A stretch of 64,000 bases of DNA from Chiloscyllium plagiosum (taxonomy: Eukaryota): assembly GCF_004010195.1 (NCBI RefSeq), contig NC_057718.1:59507622-59571621 (forward strand). The letters run 5' to 3'. Shown here in pieces: positions 50,654-63,150 of this stretch. The notes beneath the pieces are model-generated. The model had not been told where the DNA came from and made no database searches. It saw only the letters and a list, made by a program, of their open reading frames with translations. A program made the translations under genes and the position numbers. Numbering within the stretch: position 1 is the stretch's first letter; the number at the start of each line of letters is the position of its first letter.

Positions 50654-51609
50654 CTCATAATGTTTTGTAGACTGGAACAGTTAAATCATTTCTCATAATC
50701 TTCCCTATGGCCGAGTCTAGACCTCTGTTAACTCTTTTCACTGTGTAATCACCCATATAGTAAGCACCATTGACATGCTACAGCTGGCAGGCAAGCATAA
50801 ACATGTTTACGTGTTTGAGCATAATTGGTGTTAACAAGCCCTTAAGAGAAAATAAGTTTTTATTGGATTTGCCCATTAAATCAATTTACAATCCAGGAGA
50901 GTTTCGGCAGATTGGGCAAGATTTTGAAAATATTTTCTCCCAGCTAAATCTTTTCACACTAAAACAGACTTAGCAGATATTAGCTCTATCCTAGAGAGGA
51001 ATTTCACATGGTCTTTGGTGCTCATCCTTATGTTAGGTGCTTTGAATCTTCAGACATCTGTTTCCTCTCAGAACATTTTTCCTGTTCCCAGTTTCTTTGT
51101 CTTGGTCACACCTACTCTGATGACCTTTTACCTGAGCCGAAGAGATGCTGCTAGACAGAATCCTTGGTTAGTAGGAAGTGCTGTTAATGTAGATAAGGAA
51201 AGCTAATGTTTCCAGGCATCGGGTGAAAGAATGGGTAAATTTCTGCAATGAGATGCCATACTCAAATATCGCTGCACACTCTGCATGAAAACACAGTATT
51301 GACCTGTTTTTCTCAGACTTTTTTTGTTGAAAGATAACTTTACAAATAAATAAATGATTGTGGTCAACTTACCCTAGCTGAATAATAACACAATATCAAA
51401 CTCATTAATGTCTGATTGACCCGATATTTTTGGTATCTTATCTTTGTGTTTAAATATTACAGTGTATAATACTTTAGAAACTTGCCTGTATGGAGAAAAG
51501 TTAAATTCTGGCAATCAGTACCAGCCCAGCTAAATATGGGCATCCTCATAATCTCAGAACTCCTCCACAAACTCTCCCCTCTGAGGTAAGATAGGTAGCC
51601 CACCATATT

Positions 51610-53450
51610 TATTTAACCATGTATGGACATCACTGTCCTGGCTAGCATTAATTGCCCTTCTCTAATGGCCATTGAGAAAGTGCTAGTGAGCTTCCCTCAC
51701 ACTGCAGTCTATTTATTATAGGTAGACCATCAATACTGTAAGGGAGAGTGTTCCAGGGGTTTGACCCAATGACACTGAAGGAGGGGCTATATGTTTCCAA
51801 GTCAAGATAGTGAGTAGCTTGGAGGGTAGTGGTGTCACCATGTATTTGTTCCCTTTGTCTTTTTGGATGGAAGTAGTTGTGGGTTTAGAAGGTTTTGTTT
51901 AAGGAGCCTTGGTAAATTACTGCAGTGCATCTTGTAGATGATGCATATGTTTCTACTGAGCGTCGGTGGTGGAAGGAGTGGATGCTTGCGGATGTGGTGC
52001 TAACCAAGTGGGCTGTTTTGTCCTGGATAGTGTCAAGTTTCAAGAGTGTTGTTGGGGTTGTACTTATCCAGGCAAGTGGGAAATATTCCATTACACTCCT
52101 GATTTGTGCCTTGTAGGTAGTGGACAGGGTAGTGGTATCAGGAGGTGAATTACTCACTACAGTATTTCTAACCTCTAACCTGCTCTGCATTTATGTGGTG
52201 AGCCCAGTCAGTTTCTGGTAAATGGTAGCTCCCAGGATATTGATAATGGGGGATTTAGTGAGGGTAATTCATTGAATGTAAAGACGGTTAGATTCTTTCC
52301 TGATGGAGCCAGTCATTGCCTGGAATTTGTGTGCTGTGAATGTTACTTGTCACTTGTTAGCTCAGCTTGGATACTGTCCAAGGCTTGCTGTGTTGATCAT
52401 GGACTACTGATGAGTCATGATGGTAAGGAGCCTTTTGCAGTCGACAAACATGCACATCTTACGATGGCGGGAAGCTTGTTAATGAAGTAGCTGAAGATGG
52501 TTAGGCCATGAACTTACTTGAAGGAACTGGGACTTTTTGCGTCACAGTGAAAATGTCCCTATCGCTGAGAAGACCTGGGATCAAGTTCTTTCACCTGGAT
52601 GAGTTGTTTAGAAATACCTCCCCTGAGTAATTCCTGCAGAGATGTCTTAGAGCTGAGATGTCTAACTTTCAACAAGCATTACTGTCTTACTTTGCGCCAA
52701 ATATGACTCCAACTGAAGAATTTTCCACATGATTTCCATTAACTGTAGTTTTGGCAAGGCTCCTTAGTTCCACACTCAGTTAAATTGGGTCCTGATGTCA
52801 AGGACAGTCACTCTGACCTCACTTCTGGAATTCAGCTCTTCTAACAATATTTGCACCAGGGCTGTAATCCAGTCAGGTGCTGAGTGACTGTGACAAAACA
52901 CAAAAACTGGGCATCTGTGAGCAGGTTACTGCTAAACCAGTACAGCTTGATAGCACTGTTGATGACATCTTTCATTACTTTACTGATGATCCAGAGTAGA
53001 CTAATGAGATAGTAATTGACAGGGTGGATTTGTGCTGATTTTTGTGTACAGGGCATTTCTCCCACTTGGTCTGCTGTAAGTGTTGTTACCATAGCGCAGC
53101 ATGGTGAGAGATGCTACAATTTCTGAAGCACATGCCTCTAATATTATTGTTGAAATGCTGTTAGAATGCACAGCCTTTGCAATATCTCCTGACTCCAGCC
53201 TTTTCTTGATATCATGTGGAGTGAATTGAATTGGCTGAAAACTGGCTGGGAACTTCTAGTGAAATATTTCCACTGGGATGGGCATTTCTGGCTGAAGATT
53301 GCTGTGAATATTTCAGCCTTATATTTTGTATTGATGTGCTGGGCTTCCCCATTGGTGATAGTTGTGGATCCTTCTCCTTCAATGAGTTATTTACTTGTCC
53401 ACTAACATTCACAACTGAATGTGCAGGAATGCAGAGTGTAGATTGGAACT
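51610..53450 (-). mobile_element. Old CR1/L2-group LINE (family B), with a small SINE-head-like insertion at about 52530-52620
   Basis: LSTTYKAQIRSVMEYFPLAW..KLDTIQDK; collinear with 41370-43520. Confidence 0.85.
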
Positions 53451-53965
53451 TGTTATGGACCAGGCCAGACCCCCTCAAAATATTTCAAAAAAGTAGCCGA
53501 GACCCTAACTTTGCTAGTTGTTTTAAGCAGGTGTAGAGTGGATATTCTAGGAGCTGACTCAACCACTTAGTTTTAAACAAAACAGAATTTATTTGCAAGA
53601 TTACTGAATGAAACACAAATGAAAGAGAACAGAATATAGCATAACAACCTATCCAAAAACCTAACATATGATGCTGTTCCAAATTCTTGGAACAATCCCG
53701 ATAAACAACCCATGGCACAAAAGATAAAAGCAAACACAGGGTCTTACAGGAGAGAGAGAGAGAGATGGCAGAGGGACTCCTTCTTCCAAGTAGCTTTTTC
53801 TTGGACCAGCTTAAACCAAACCAGAGAAAGCTGAGCTGGGAGAACTGGCAACTCCCCTTTCATTGTACAAGTGTGTTTTTTTATTTGAAAGCCCTTTTCC
53901 TGAGGCAGTATCTGTTAGCTATAATCAAATTGGCCCTAAAACCCATCCAAGTCAGACCTATCGGC
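53451..53965 (-). mobile_element. Probable LTR related to 9150-9811
   Basis: Starts tgttatggaccaggccagaccccctcaaaatat and has a (GA)n run. The far end is cut by a PLE. Confidence 0.55.
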
Positions 53966-53969
53966 AACT

Positions 53970-54230
53970 TGATGTCTTGGGCAAAAGCCCTTAATCAGGA
54001 ATGATTTTCCTGCTCCTCGGATGCTGTCTAAGCTGCTGTGCTTTACCAGCACCACTCTAATCTAGACTCTGATCTCCAGCACATGCAGTCCTCGCTTTTG
54101 TCTAGTTGATTTTAACCTTACTGCGAATCCTCTTCCAAGGATGCTTACCTTGAAGAAGGTCTCCTCCTCTCGCTACAAGAATCTCAGTGAGTCTCTCTCT
54201 CACTCCAACCCCCAGGTTGTCTCCTTTGCT
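53970..54230 (+). mobile_element. Fold-back PLE pLTR followed by the start of the PLE ORF
   Basis: Inverted degenerate HHR arm at 53970-54002 and direct arm from 54003. ATG at 54141 gives MLTLKKVSSSRYKNLSESLSHSNPQVVS. Confidence 0.8.
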
Positions 54231-54231
54231 C

Positions 54232-55321
54232 AGTGATGCCCAGTTGGGGTTCGCCACAGCCACTCAGCTCCTCACCTCATTACAGCCTTGGTCCAAAAAT
54301 GGACAAAAGAGCTAAATTCCAGAGGTGAGGTGAGAGAGACAGCCCTGGACATCAAGGCCACATTTGACCAAATGTGGCATCAGGGAGCCCTAGCAAAACT
54401 GGAATCAATTGGTATCGGGGGCAAAACTCCCCAGAGGTTGGCTTCATACCTGACACATCAGAAGATTGTCATGGTTGTTAAAGGTCAGTCATCTCAGCTT
54501 CAGGACATCTCTGCAGGAGTTCCTCAGAGTAATGTCTTAGGCCCAACCACCTTCAGCTGCTTCATCAATGACCTTCCTTCCATCATAAGGTCAGGAATGG
54601 GGATGTTCAACAATTATTGCAAAATATTCAGCACCATTCAGGTCTCCTCAAATACTGAAGCAGTCCATGTTCAAATCCAACAAGATCTGAACACCATCCA
54701 GGCTTGGGTTGACATGTGGCAAGTAACATTAACACCACACAAATCCCAGGTTATGACCATCACAAATAAGAGACAATCTAACCACCACTCCTTGGCATTC
54801 AATGGTGTTACCATCACTGAATCCCCCAACATACTGGGGATTATCATTGACCGGAAACCCAATTGGACTCACCACATAAAACACAATGGCTACAATATTA
54901 GGTCAGAGGCTTGGAATACTGCACCAAGTAACTCACTTTCTGACTCCAAAAACCTGGATGTACTATCTATAAACGCAATGTAGAAACTCATCAAAGATCC
55001 TTAAACAGCACCTTCCAAACCCATGACCACTTCCATCCAGAAGGATAAGGGCAGCAGATATATGGGAACAACACCACCTTTAATTTCCCTTCCAAACCAC
55101 CCGCCATCCTGACCTGGAAATACATCTCCGTTCCTTCACTGTCACTAGGTCAAAATCCTGGAATTCCCTCCCTAATGGCATTGTGGGTCAACCCACTGCA
55201 GATGGACTTCAGCAGTTCAAGATGACAGCTCACCACCATCTTCTCAAGGGCAACTAGGGATAGGCAAAAATGCTGACCCAGCTAGCGATCTCCACATCCC
55301 ATAAGTGAATTTAAAAAAAAA
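54232..55321 (+). mobile_element. Family B LINE RT and 3' end
   Basis: ORF 54288-54983 (ALDIKATFDQMWHQG, GVPQSNVLGP, FINDLP; catalytic DD lost) and an A-rich end. Confidence 0.9.
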
Positions 55322-55324
55322 CAG

Positions 55325-55680
55325 GGCATAGAAGGGATGGTGATGATGGCTTCTGGGACGTTGTCTGTAAGGCATGAGTATAATTATGTCAGGTTGTTGC
55401 TTGAGCAGTTTATGAGACAGATCTCCCAGTTTTGGCACTAACCTTCAGATGTTAGACTTAGCAGAGGCAACAGAGCTATGTTTGCTGTTGCTGTGTCCAG
55501 AGCCATAGCCGTTGTTGGTAATCCATCCATTGATAGAACTGAATGGATTATTAGGTCATTTCAGAGGTCAATTATGAGTCAACTACATTGCTGTGGCTCT
55601 AGAGTCACATGTTGGCCAGACCAGGTAAGGACGACAGTTTTCTTTCCCTCAAGGCGATTCGTGAACCAGATGATATTAAT
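55325..55680 (-). mobile_element. Family B endonuclease N-terminal scrap plus a SINE-like fragment
   Basis: PKLGDLSHKLLKQQPDIIIL on the minus strand. 55550-55672 resembles a common shark SINE body (from recall). Confidence 0.55.
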
Positions 55681-56719
55681 TGCACAAGCAATAATACCTC
55701 ACTACTACCTCCCAGCTCATCCCAATTAACCCAGTCTCCAGCCACTCCTCATTTGCACATGATTATTTCATAGACCCAGAAAGTGTTGACAATGATTGCC
55801 AGTGTAAGAAACATAGGTCAGGATTTCAGAGAGTCTTGAATTGGCAAAATGGTTATGGAGGGAGAATGTTCCTGGAGAATTGCATGCGAGTGCTTGCATT
55901 GGAATCACATGAAAACTATCCCGAATTAAGTTGGGGGTAGGAAGGAGCCAGTGCAGTAATCCTACCCACACAGTAGGATGTCAATAAGGCTCACTTATGA
56001 ACCACTTCAGAGTAATTGTCCGAGTTCACAGAAATTTTGCAGTAGGTCATAGATTAAAAACTATTTTCCCAGTTCTCTTTTATTAGCTTACAAACTTGTT
56101 CGATTTTTTGGGTTCTCTTATTGGTGGTCCTCATTTTCAAGCACAGAATGTATCAGATTGAGGGACCCTACATCAGGAGAGGGCAGAAATGTTGAAATCG
56201 ACACCCCTATCCTAGTCTCTAATGTAACTGACATCCCAATCCTCCCCAGCCTCCCTGTCATGTCCCATTCATCTGTGATCAGGGTTTCACTGGGAACTGT
56301 TGGGCTAAGTCTCAGACCTATACCACCAATCCCGACAATGGACAGCTGCCAACCTCTGGTGGACTAGCAGCTCTTAGGGGCATGTTCTTCCAGTGACTGA
56401 GGGGCTGGTTTCCGTGGAAGGCCTGAACAGCTTCAGGTCACCCCACAGAAATGACAAGAACAACATTCTCATTCTCAACTGGCATGGAGTAACCCCCATC
56501 ACTATCACTACATCTAAACTGCTGTTACACCATGCTACTGGACAGCCCCAGAACCAGGATTGTGAAAAGACAAGGCTAAAGTGAACTTTATCTTTAATCT
56601 GCGGATAGCCCTGAGTCTGTGCAAATGGAGGCGAGTCACAGTGACATCAGATCACGTGGAACTACAGCATGAATACACAGGTCTCCTGGGAAAATGGCTT
56701 CTCTTAACAACCTCTGTAT

Positions 56720-57050
56720 AAGAATATAAGAATGAGGAGCAGGAGTAGCTTACTTTACTGTTGAATATGATCGTGGCTGACCTAACCTCGTTTTCAACTT
56801 CACTTTTTTGCCCACTCCCCATAACGCTTCAAAATATTGCTATTTAAAAATCTTTCTATCTTATCCTTCAATTTACTCAATATCTGGCATCTAGCACACA
56901 CTGAGATAATGAATTCCATGGAGTAATGTCCCTTTGAGAGAAGTAATTTCTTACCATCTTCACTTTAAATCTGCTATTTCTATTTGAAAACTATGACCTT
57001 TTGTTCTAGATATACACTCATGGTCAAGAAAGTTTGTTGTCAAGCATGTC
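56720..57050 (-). mobile_element. Degenerate CR1 3' end
   Basis: Similar to 14126-14640 and 62090-62420. Confidence 0.65.
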
Positions 57051-58039
57051 AAGTTAAATTAAATCTGAAGTTTCAAGTCAGTAGTGTATATCTGACATCT
57101 CTCCATGGTGACAATGGTGACCAGACCAATAGGACTGAAGGCAAACAGTAACAGCGTGAAGTGCAGATCAATGATAGTAAATGAGGAGTCCAGCCCAACA
57201 ACGCAAATCCAGAGCTGGGAAATAAAGCTTAGTAGTGGTAGGGGTCTGTTATTGATAGGCATTGATAGACATATCTAGCCACTGAACTGTTGAACTTGAA
57301 AGCTGAAGAAAGCCTGTGTCAGTAAATGGTTAACCACAGGAACAAAGCAACTGGTCACAGTCAGGAGAGTATTACAGAGAATGAAAGTATCTACAGCAAT
57401 GGGAAAGAAATGAACATTCAGGAAATATACCAAGAATAGGGCCACAAATTGGAGCACAGTCTAAGCCATGATCAAACTCCATTGGTAGGAGTCCAATTTG
57501 GACAGTTTTATAGAAAGTCCCAAGCATGAAGAAAGAGACATTTGGATAAGGCTGCAGTGACAGCCCAGAGAATTAAACACAGATTAGAACATTCTGTGAG
57601 ACTCCCAGTGACTGGTGACCTTTCCTGGAAGATGATAGTCTCACAGCAACAATTCAACTTCAATGATGATTCAGACGTGCATTTTAGTTTATGGGGTTTA
57701 ATGTAAGTCACAGGGAAACTAGTTTAAAATTGGATACTGGAGTTTTCTTGTATGTATCGATACTATCAGATACCAGACCATGGTTTATGCCAAGAATCCT
57801 CAGAATATCCTCCAATAAACTTTGAGGCTCAAATGCAACAGCTAGAATAAGAGGCAAGATATATGCTACACTGTGTTATAATAGTAGAAATATTATACCA
57901 AATTTGCACATATCTTCTCGTCACGGTGACTTTATTAAGTGGAGCTGCTTGTATAAGTTTGGTTAGCAGGCATTAACGAAGCTTCAGTCCTAGCATTGGA
58001 AGAAGGTGGGATAAACCATCTACATCTCATAACAGATGC

Positions 58040-60917
58040 CATAGTGTTAAGGGATCAGATGGGGAGGAATTTGTGAAGTGTGCACAAAAAAAACTTTCTC
58101 ATTTAGCATGTGGATGTATCTACTAGAGGACGTGCAAAAGCTGACTTGCTCTTGGGAAATAAGGCAGGGCAAGTGACTTAAGTATCAGTATGGGAGCACT
58201 CTGGGGAAAGTGATCATAATTCTAATAATTTTTTAAAAGAAAATTAATGGAAAAGGATAGACCTGACCTAAAAGTTAAAGTTTTAAATTGGAGGAAGGCC
58301 AATTTTGACAGTAAACACAGATAAAAAGGATAGCTGGAAAATGGGAAGCCTTCAAAAATGAGATAACAAGATTCCACAGACACTATGTTCCTGCTGGGGT
58401 GAATGGCAAGGCTGGTAGGTGTAGGGAATGCTGGATGACTACAGAAGTTGGTCAAGAAAACGAAGGAAGCATATGTCAGGTATAGACAGCAGGGATCAAG
58501 TGAATCCCTGGAGGAGTATAAGGACAGTAGGAGTACACTTAAGAGGGAATCAGGATGGCAAAAAGGAGAGATGAGATAGCTTTGGCAAATAGAATGAAGG
58601 AGAATCCAAAAGGTTTTGACCTGGATAAATGCGAGGTGATGTATTTTGGAAGGTTGAATTTGAAAGCTGAGTACAGGATTAAGGATAGGATTCTTGGCAG
58701 TGTGGAGGAGCAGAGGGATCTTGGTGTGCAGGTACATAGATCCCTTAAAGGGGACCTAATTGAGGTATACAAGATAATGCGAGGCATAGATAGAGTTGAT
58801 AGCCAGAGACTATTTCCCGAGGCAGAAATGACTAACACGAGGGGTCATAGTTTTAAACTGGTTGGAGGAAAGTATAGAGGGGATGTCAGAGGCGGGTTCT
58901 TTACACAGAGAGTTGTGAGAGCATGGAATGCGTTGCCAGCAGCAGATGTGGAGGGAGGGTCATTGGGGACATTTAAGAGAGTCCTGGACATGCATATGGT
59001 CACAGAAATATGAGGGTGCATACATGAGGATCAGTGGTCGGCACAACATCTGAAGGGCCTGTTCTGTGCTGTACTGTTCTATGTTCTATGTTCTAAATGC
59101 ATTAAGAGCAAAAGAGTAACTAGGGAGAGAATAGGGCTCCTTAAAGATCAACAAGGCCACCTATGTGTGGAAAATGAGATACTAAATGAGTATTTTGCAT
59201 CAGTATATACAATGGAGAAGGATATGGAAGCTCAAGAACTTCAGGAAATAAATAATGATATTTTGAAAAAAGTATCCATATTACAGAGGTGCTGGACATT
59301 TTATAATGCATAAAGGTGGACAAATCCATGGGACCTGATCAGGCATATCCTAGAACACTGTGGGAAGTGAGGAAAGTGGTTGCTGGGCCCCTTGCTGAGA
59401 TATTTGCATCATTGATAGCCATGGGTGAGGTTCCGGAAGACTGAAGGTTAGCTAATGTGGGTTCATTACTTAAAGAAGATGGTAAGGAAAAGCTGGGGAA
59501 CTATAGACCAGTGAACCTGATATCAGTAGTGGGCAAGTTGTTGAAAGATATTCTGAGGAACAGGATTTATACGTATTTGGAAAGGCAAGGACTGATTAGG
59601 GATAATCAATATGGCTTCATGCGTGGGAAATTATGTCTCATTAACTTAATTGAGTTTTTTTGAAGAAGTGACAAAGAGGATTGATGAAGGTAGAGTGGTG
59701 GATGTTATCTATATGTACTTCAGTGAGGTGTTTGACAAGGTTCCTCATGGTAGGCTGGTTAGCAAGGTTATATCATATGGAATACAGGGAGAACCAGCCA
59801 TTTGGATACAAAATTGGCTCGCAGGTAGGAAACAGAGGATGGTGGGGGATGGTTGCTTTTCAGACTGGAGGCCTGTGACCAGCAGAGTGCAGCAAGGATT
59901 GGTGCTGGGTTCACTGGTTTTTGTCATTTATGTAAATGATTTGGATGTGAATATAGGAGGTTTGATTAGTAAGTTTGTAGATGACACCAAAATTGGAGAT
60001 GCAGTGAACAGTGAAGAAGGTTACCTCAGAGTACAACAGGACTTTGATCAGATGGGCCAATGGTCCGAGGAGTGGCAGATGGACTTTAATCTAGATAAAT
60101 GCATGGTGCTTCATTTTGGTAGGGCAAATCAGGGCAGGACTTATACACATAATGGTAAGGTCCTAGGGAGTGTTGCTGAACAGAGAGATCTTGGAGTGCA
60201 GGTTCATAGCTCCTTGAAAGTGGAGTCCCAGGTTAGACAGGGTAGTGAAGAAGGCATTTGGTTTGCTTGCCTTTATTAGTCAGTGCATTGAGTATAGGAG
60301 TTGGGAGATCATGTTATGGCTGTACTGGACATTGGTTTGGCCACTTTTGGAATAATGCATTCAATTCTGGTCTCCCTGCTATAGTAAAGATGTTGTGAAA
60401 CTTGAAAGGGTTTGGAAAAGATTTACAAAGCTGTTGCCTGTGTTTGAGGGTTTGAGGTAAAGAGAGAGGCTGCATAGGCTGAGGCTATTTTCCCTGTAGC
60501 TTTAGAGGCTGAAGGGTGACCAGTTAGAAGTTATAAAGTCATAAAGGGCATGGATACGGTGACTAGTTAAGGTCTTTTTCCCAGGAAAGGGTGTCCAAAA
60601 CTAGAGGGCATCAGTTTAAGGTGAGAGGGAAACATTTAAAAGGGACCTAAGAAGCATTTCTTTCATGCAGAAGGTGGTGTGTGTATGGACTGAACTGCCA
60701 GAGGAAGTGGTAGAGGCTGGTACAATCACAACATTTGAAAGGGTAGGTATATGAATATGAATATATGGATAGGTATGTGAATAAGAAGGGATTAGATGGA
60801 TATGGGCCATATGCTGGCAAATGGGACTAGATTAGTTTAGGATATCTGGTCGGCATGGACCGGTTGGACCAGAGGATCTATTTCTTTGCTGTACATCTCT
60901 ATAACTCTATGACTCTA
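58040..60917 (+). mobile_element. CR1 ORF2 (endonuclease C-terminus to 3' tail)
   Basis: GNYRPVNLISVVGKLL, YMYFSEVFDKVPH, KFVDDTKIG, and a (CTCTATGA)n tail. Confidence 0.95.
58618..59094 (+). mobile_element. Internally deleted CR1 3' fragment nested in CR1
   Basis: Has its own (TGTTCTA)n tail. The host resumes at aaatgcattaagagcaaaagag. It creates the chimeric ORF 58555-59013. Confidence 0.88.
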
Positions 60918-62089
60918 ACTCAAAATGGCAGAAAAAGAAGATGCTTAAAAGGCAGCAATCAGCTAACAGAGGGCGTTCTGGAAGGGATTTGCTTTTTCAG
61001 AATATACTTACAAAGAAGGAAGCCAGTATACAGGTCATTGATTTACATGCATTCGAATCTTCACAACATCCTGTACCTTTGGATTGAGAGGAATCTGTTT
61101 CAAGAGAATGAGTCCTTCCTTGATGAAGATAAAGAAGTAAAGTTGTACATTTATTGCATCCTGGAGATTCATCAACAGCAGTTGCTGTCATAGTTGAATG
61201 AAGAATTTTTTTCCTCCATCATTTTAGAAAGCAGGAAAGTAAGCTTGTGTTAAATCCCTCTGTAATGAAAGCACATGAAGCTTCGGAAATTTCTTTAGCA
61301 AATTAAGTGACTACAGAATCTGTGATATCAAGAATTATGGAGTTCGAAAGAGATCTTCAATTCTGCGAGGAAGAGGTCTCAGAGCTTCAACACAAATTCA
61401 AGACAATCAAAGCTTCAGTCAGGGTGGTGCCACAGTTGCACAAAAAGCAGCCCAATGTACACAACCAATCTTTACAATTATGCACTGGGAGTATTGCAGT
61501 GCGCTGGAATTAGAGATAACGTATTGAAATACATAGAATTCTTAGAGTAGATGCTGACACACACTTCCCCTGGCTGGACAATCTAGAATGAGGGGATTTT
61601 AGATTAAGAATCAATGAACAACCATTTAAGCCTGAGATGAGGATATATTTCTTTATTTAGCGTGGGCTTTCATAAAACAAAAGTTATATTCTCATCATTC
61701 ATGTCCATTTCATGGCCAGGGAATTTTTACATTGTGAAACATCACTAGCAAAACATTAGAATGATTTCCTGCGAACCAACTGCAACTACAAAATAACTGA
61801 CCCTTTTGCCTCCCTGCATACTTCTTTTTGACTTTAAATCAACAAAGTTAAGAGTTTTTTTTCCCCTGAATAAGATAAAGTTGAGAGTGGTGAGAAGCTT
61901 CTTCTGGAATCTACATGAGCTGATTTGACCTTTGTTTGGATAAATTTGCTGTTCCAGTTATTATTCTACAATTATACAGAGTTGGTAGGCCTCAAGTTTG
62001 AAGCTTTTACTGAGGTTGCTATAAAAGGGGACCTTAAGGAAGAAGTAGAGAAAAAAATGTAAAATATCTGTTCATGGCATGGATAATCT

Positions 62090-63150
62090 AAGACCACAAG
62101 GCCAGAAGACATAGGAACAGAAATTAGGTCATTCAGCCCATTAAGTCTGCTTCAACATTCAATCATGGCTAATAAGTTTCTCAACTCCATTCTCCTGCTA
62201 TCTCCCTATAACCCTTGATCCCCTTAATACTCAAGAACCTATCTATCTCAGTCTTGGATATACTCAATGACCTGCTCACAGCGTTCTGTGGCAGTGAATT
62301 CCATTGAGTCACCATTCTCTGGCTGAAGAAGGTTCTCCTTAACTCTGTTCTAAAAGGTCTTCCCTTTACTCTGAGGCTGTGTCCTTGGGTCCTAGTCTCT
62401 CCTACCAATGGAAACATCTTCCCAACACCTACCCTGTCCAGGCCATTCAGTATTCGGTATGTTTCAATTAGATCTCCCCTCATTCTTCTAAACTCCATTG
62501 AGTGACGATCCAGATTCCTCAAACTTTCCTTATATGTTAAGCTTTTCATTTTTGGGACCATTCTCCTGGACCTCCTCTGAACACGCTTCAGGACTAGTAC
62601 ATCCTAGTTGAGATATGGGGCTCAAAACTGCACACAAACCACCAAATGTAGTCTGACCAGAGCCTTATAGAGCCTCAGAAGTACATCCCTGCTTTTATTT
62701 TCAAGTTGTCTCAAAATAAATGCCATAATTGTATTTGCCTTCCTAATCCCTAACTCAAGCTGCAAGTTTACCTTGAGAGAATTCTGGACGAGAACTCTTA
62801 AGTCTCTTTACACTTCAGACTTCTGAATTTTCTCCCTACTTAGAAAATAGTTCAAGTCTCTGTTCTTCTTACCAAAGTGCATGACCTCACACTTTCCCAC
62901 ATCTGTACTCCATCTGCCACTTCTTTGCCCACTCTCCTAACCTGCACAAATCCTTCTGCAGCCTCCCCACCTCCTCAATGCTACCTGTTCCTCTACCTGT
63001 CTTTGTATCATCTGCAAACTTAGGCAGAATGCCCTCAGTTCCATCATCTAGATGGTTAATGTATAAAGTGAAATGTTATGGTCCCAACACTGACCCCTGC
63101 GGAACACTACTTGTCACTAGCTGCTATTTTGAGAAGGACCCTATTATCGC
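62090..63150 (-). mobile_element. CR1 3' fragment
   Basis: GVPQGSVLG and KFADDTK on the minus strand; ORF 62181-62561 (RMRGDLIETYRIL). Confidence 0.93.

Noticed and set aside
54288..54983. 231-aa RT ORF as an active or domesticated gene
   Set aside because: The catalytic FADD is mutated (MFNNY), and the ORF is truncated and embedded in a decayed LINE.
57060..57980. Possible very old L2-like LINE on the minus strand
   Set aside because: Too degenerate to show a diagnostic motif by eye.
58555..59013. Apparent novel 152-aa fusion protein
   Set aside because: It is a chance in-frame junction of nested and deleted CR1 pieces.
61307..61513. Coiled-coil-like ORF (ISRIMEFERDLQFCEEEVSELQHKF)
   Set aside because: It is short, has a non-ATG start and lacks splice support. 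It could be an L1 ORF1 scrap, but I cannot support that.
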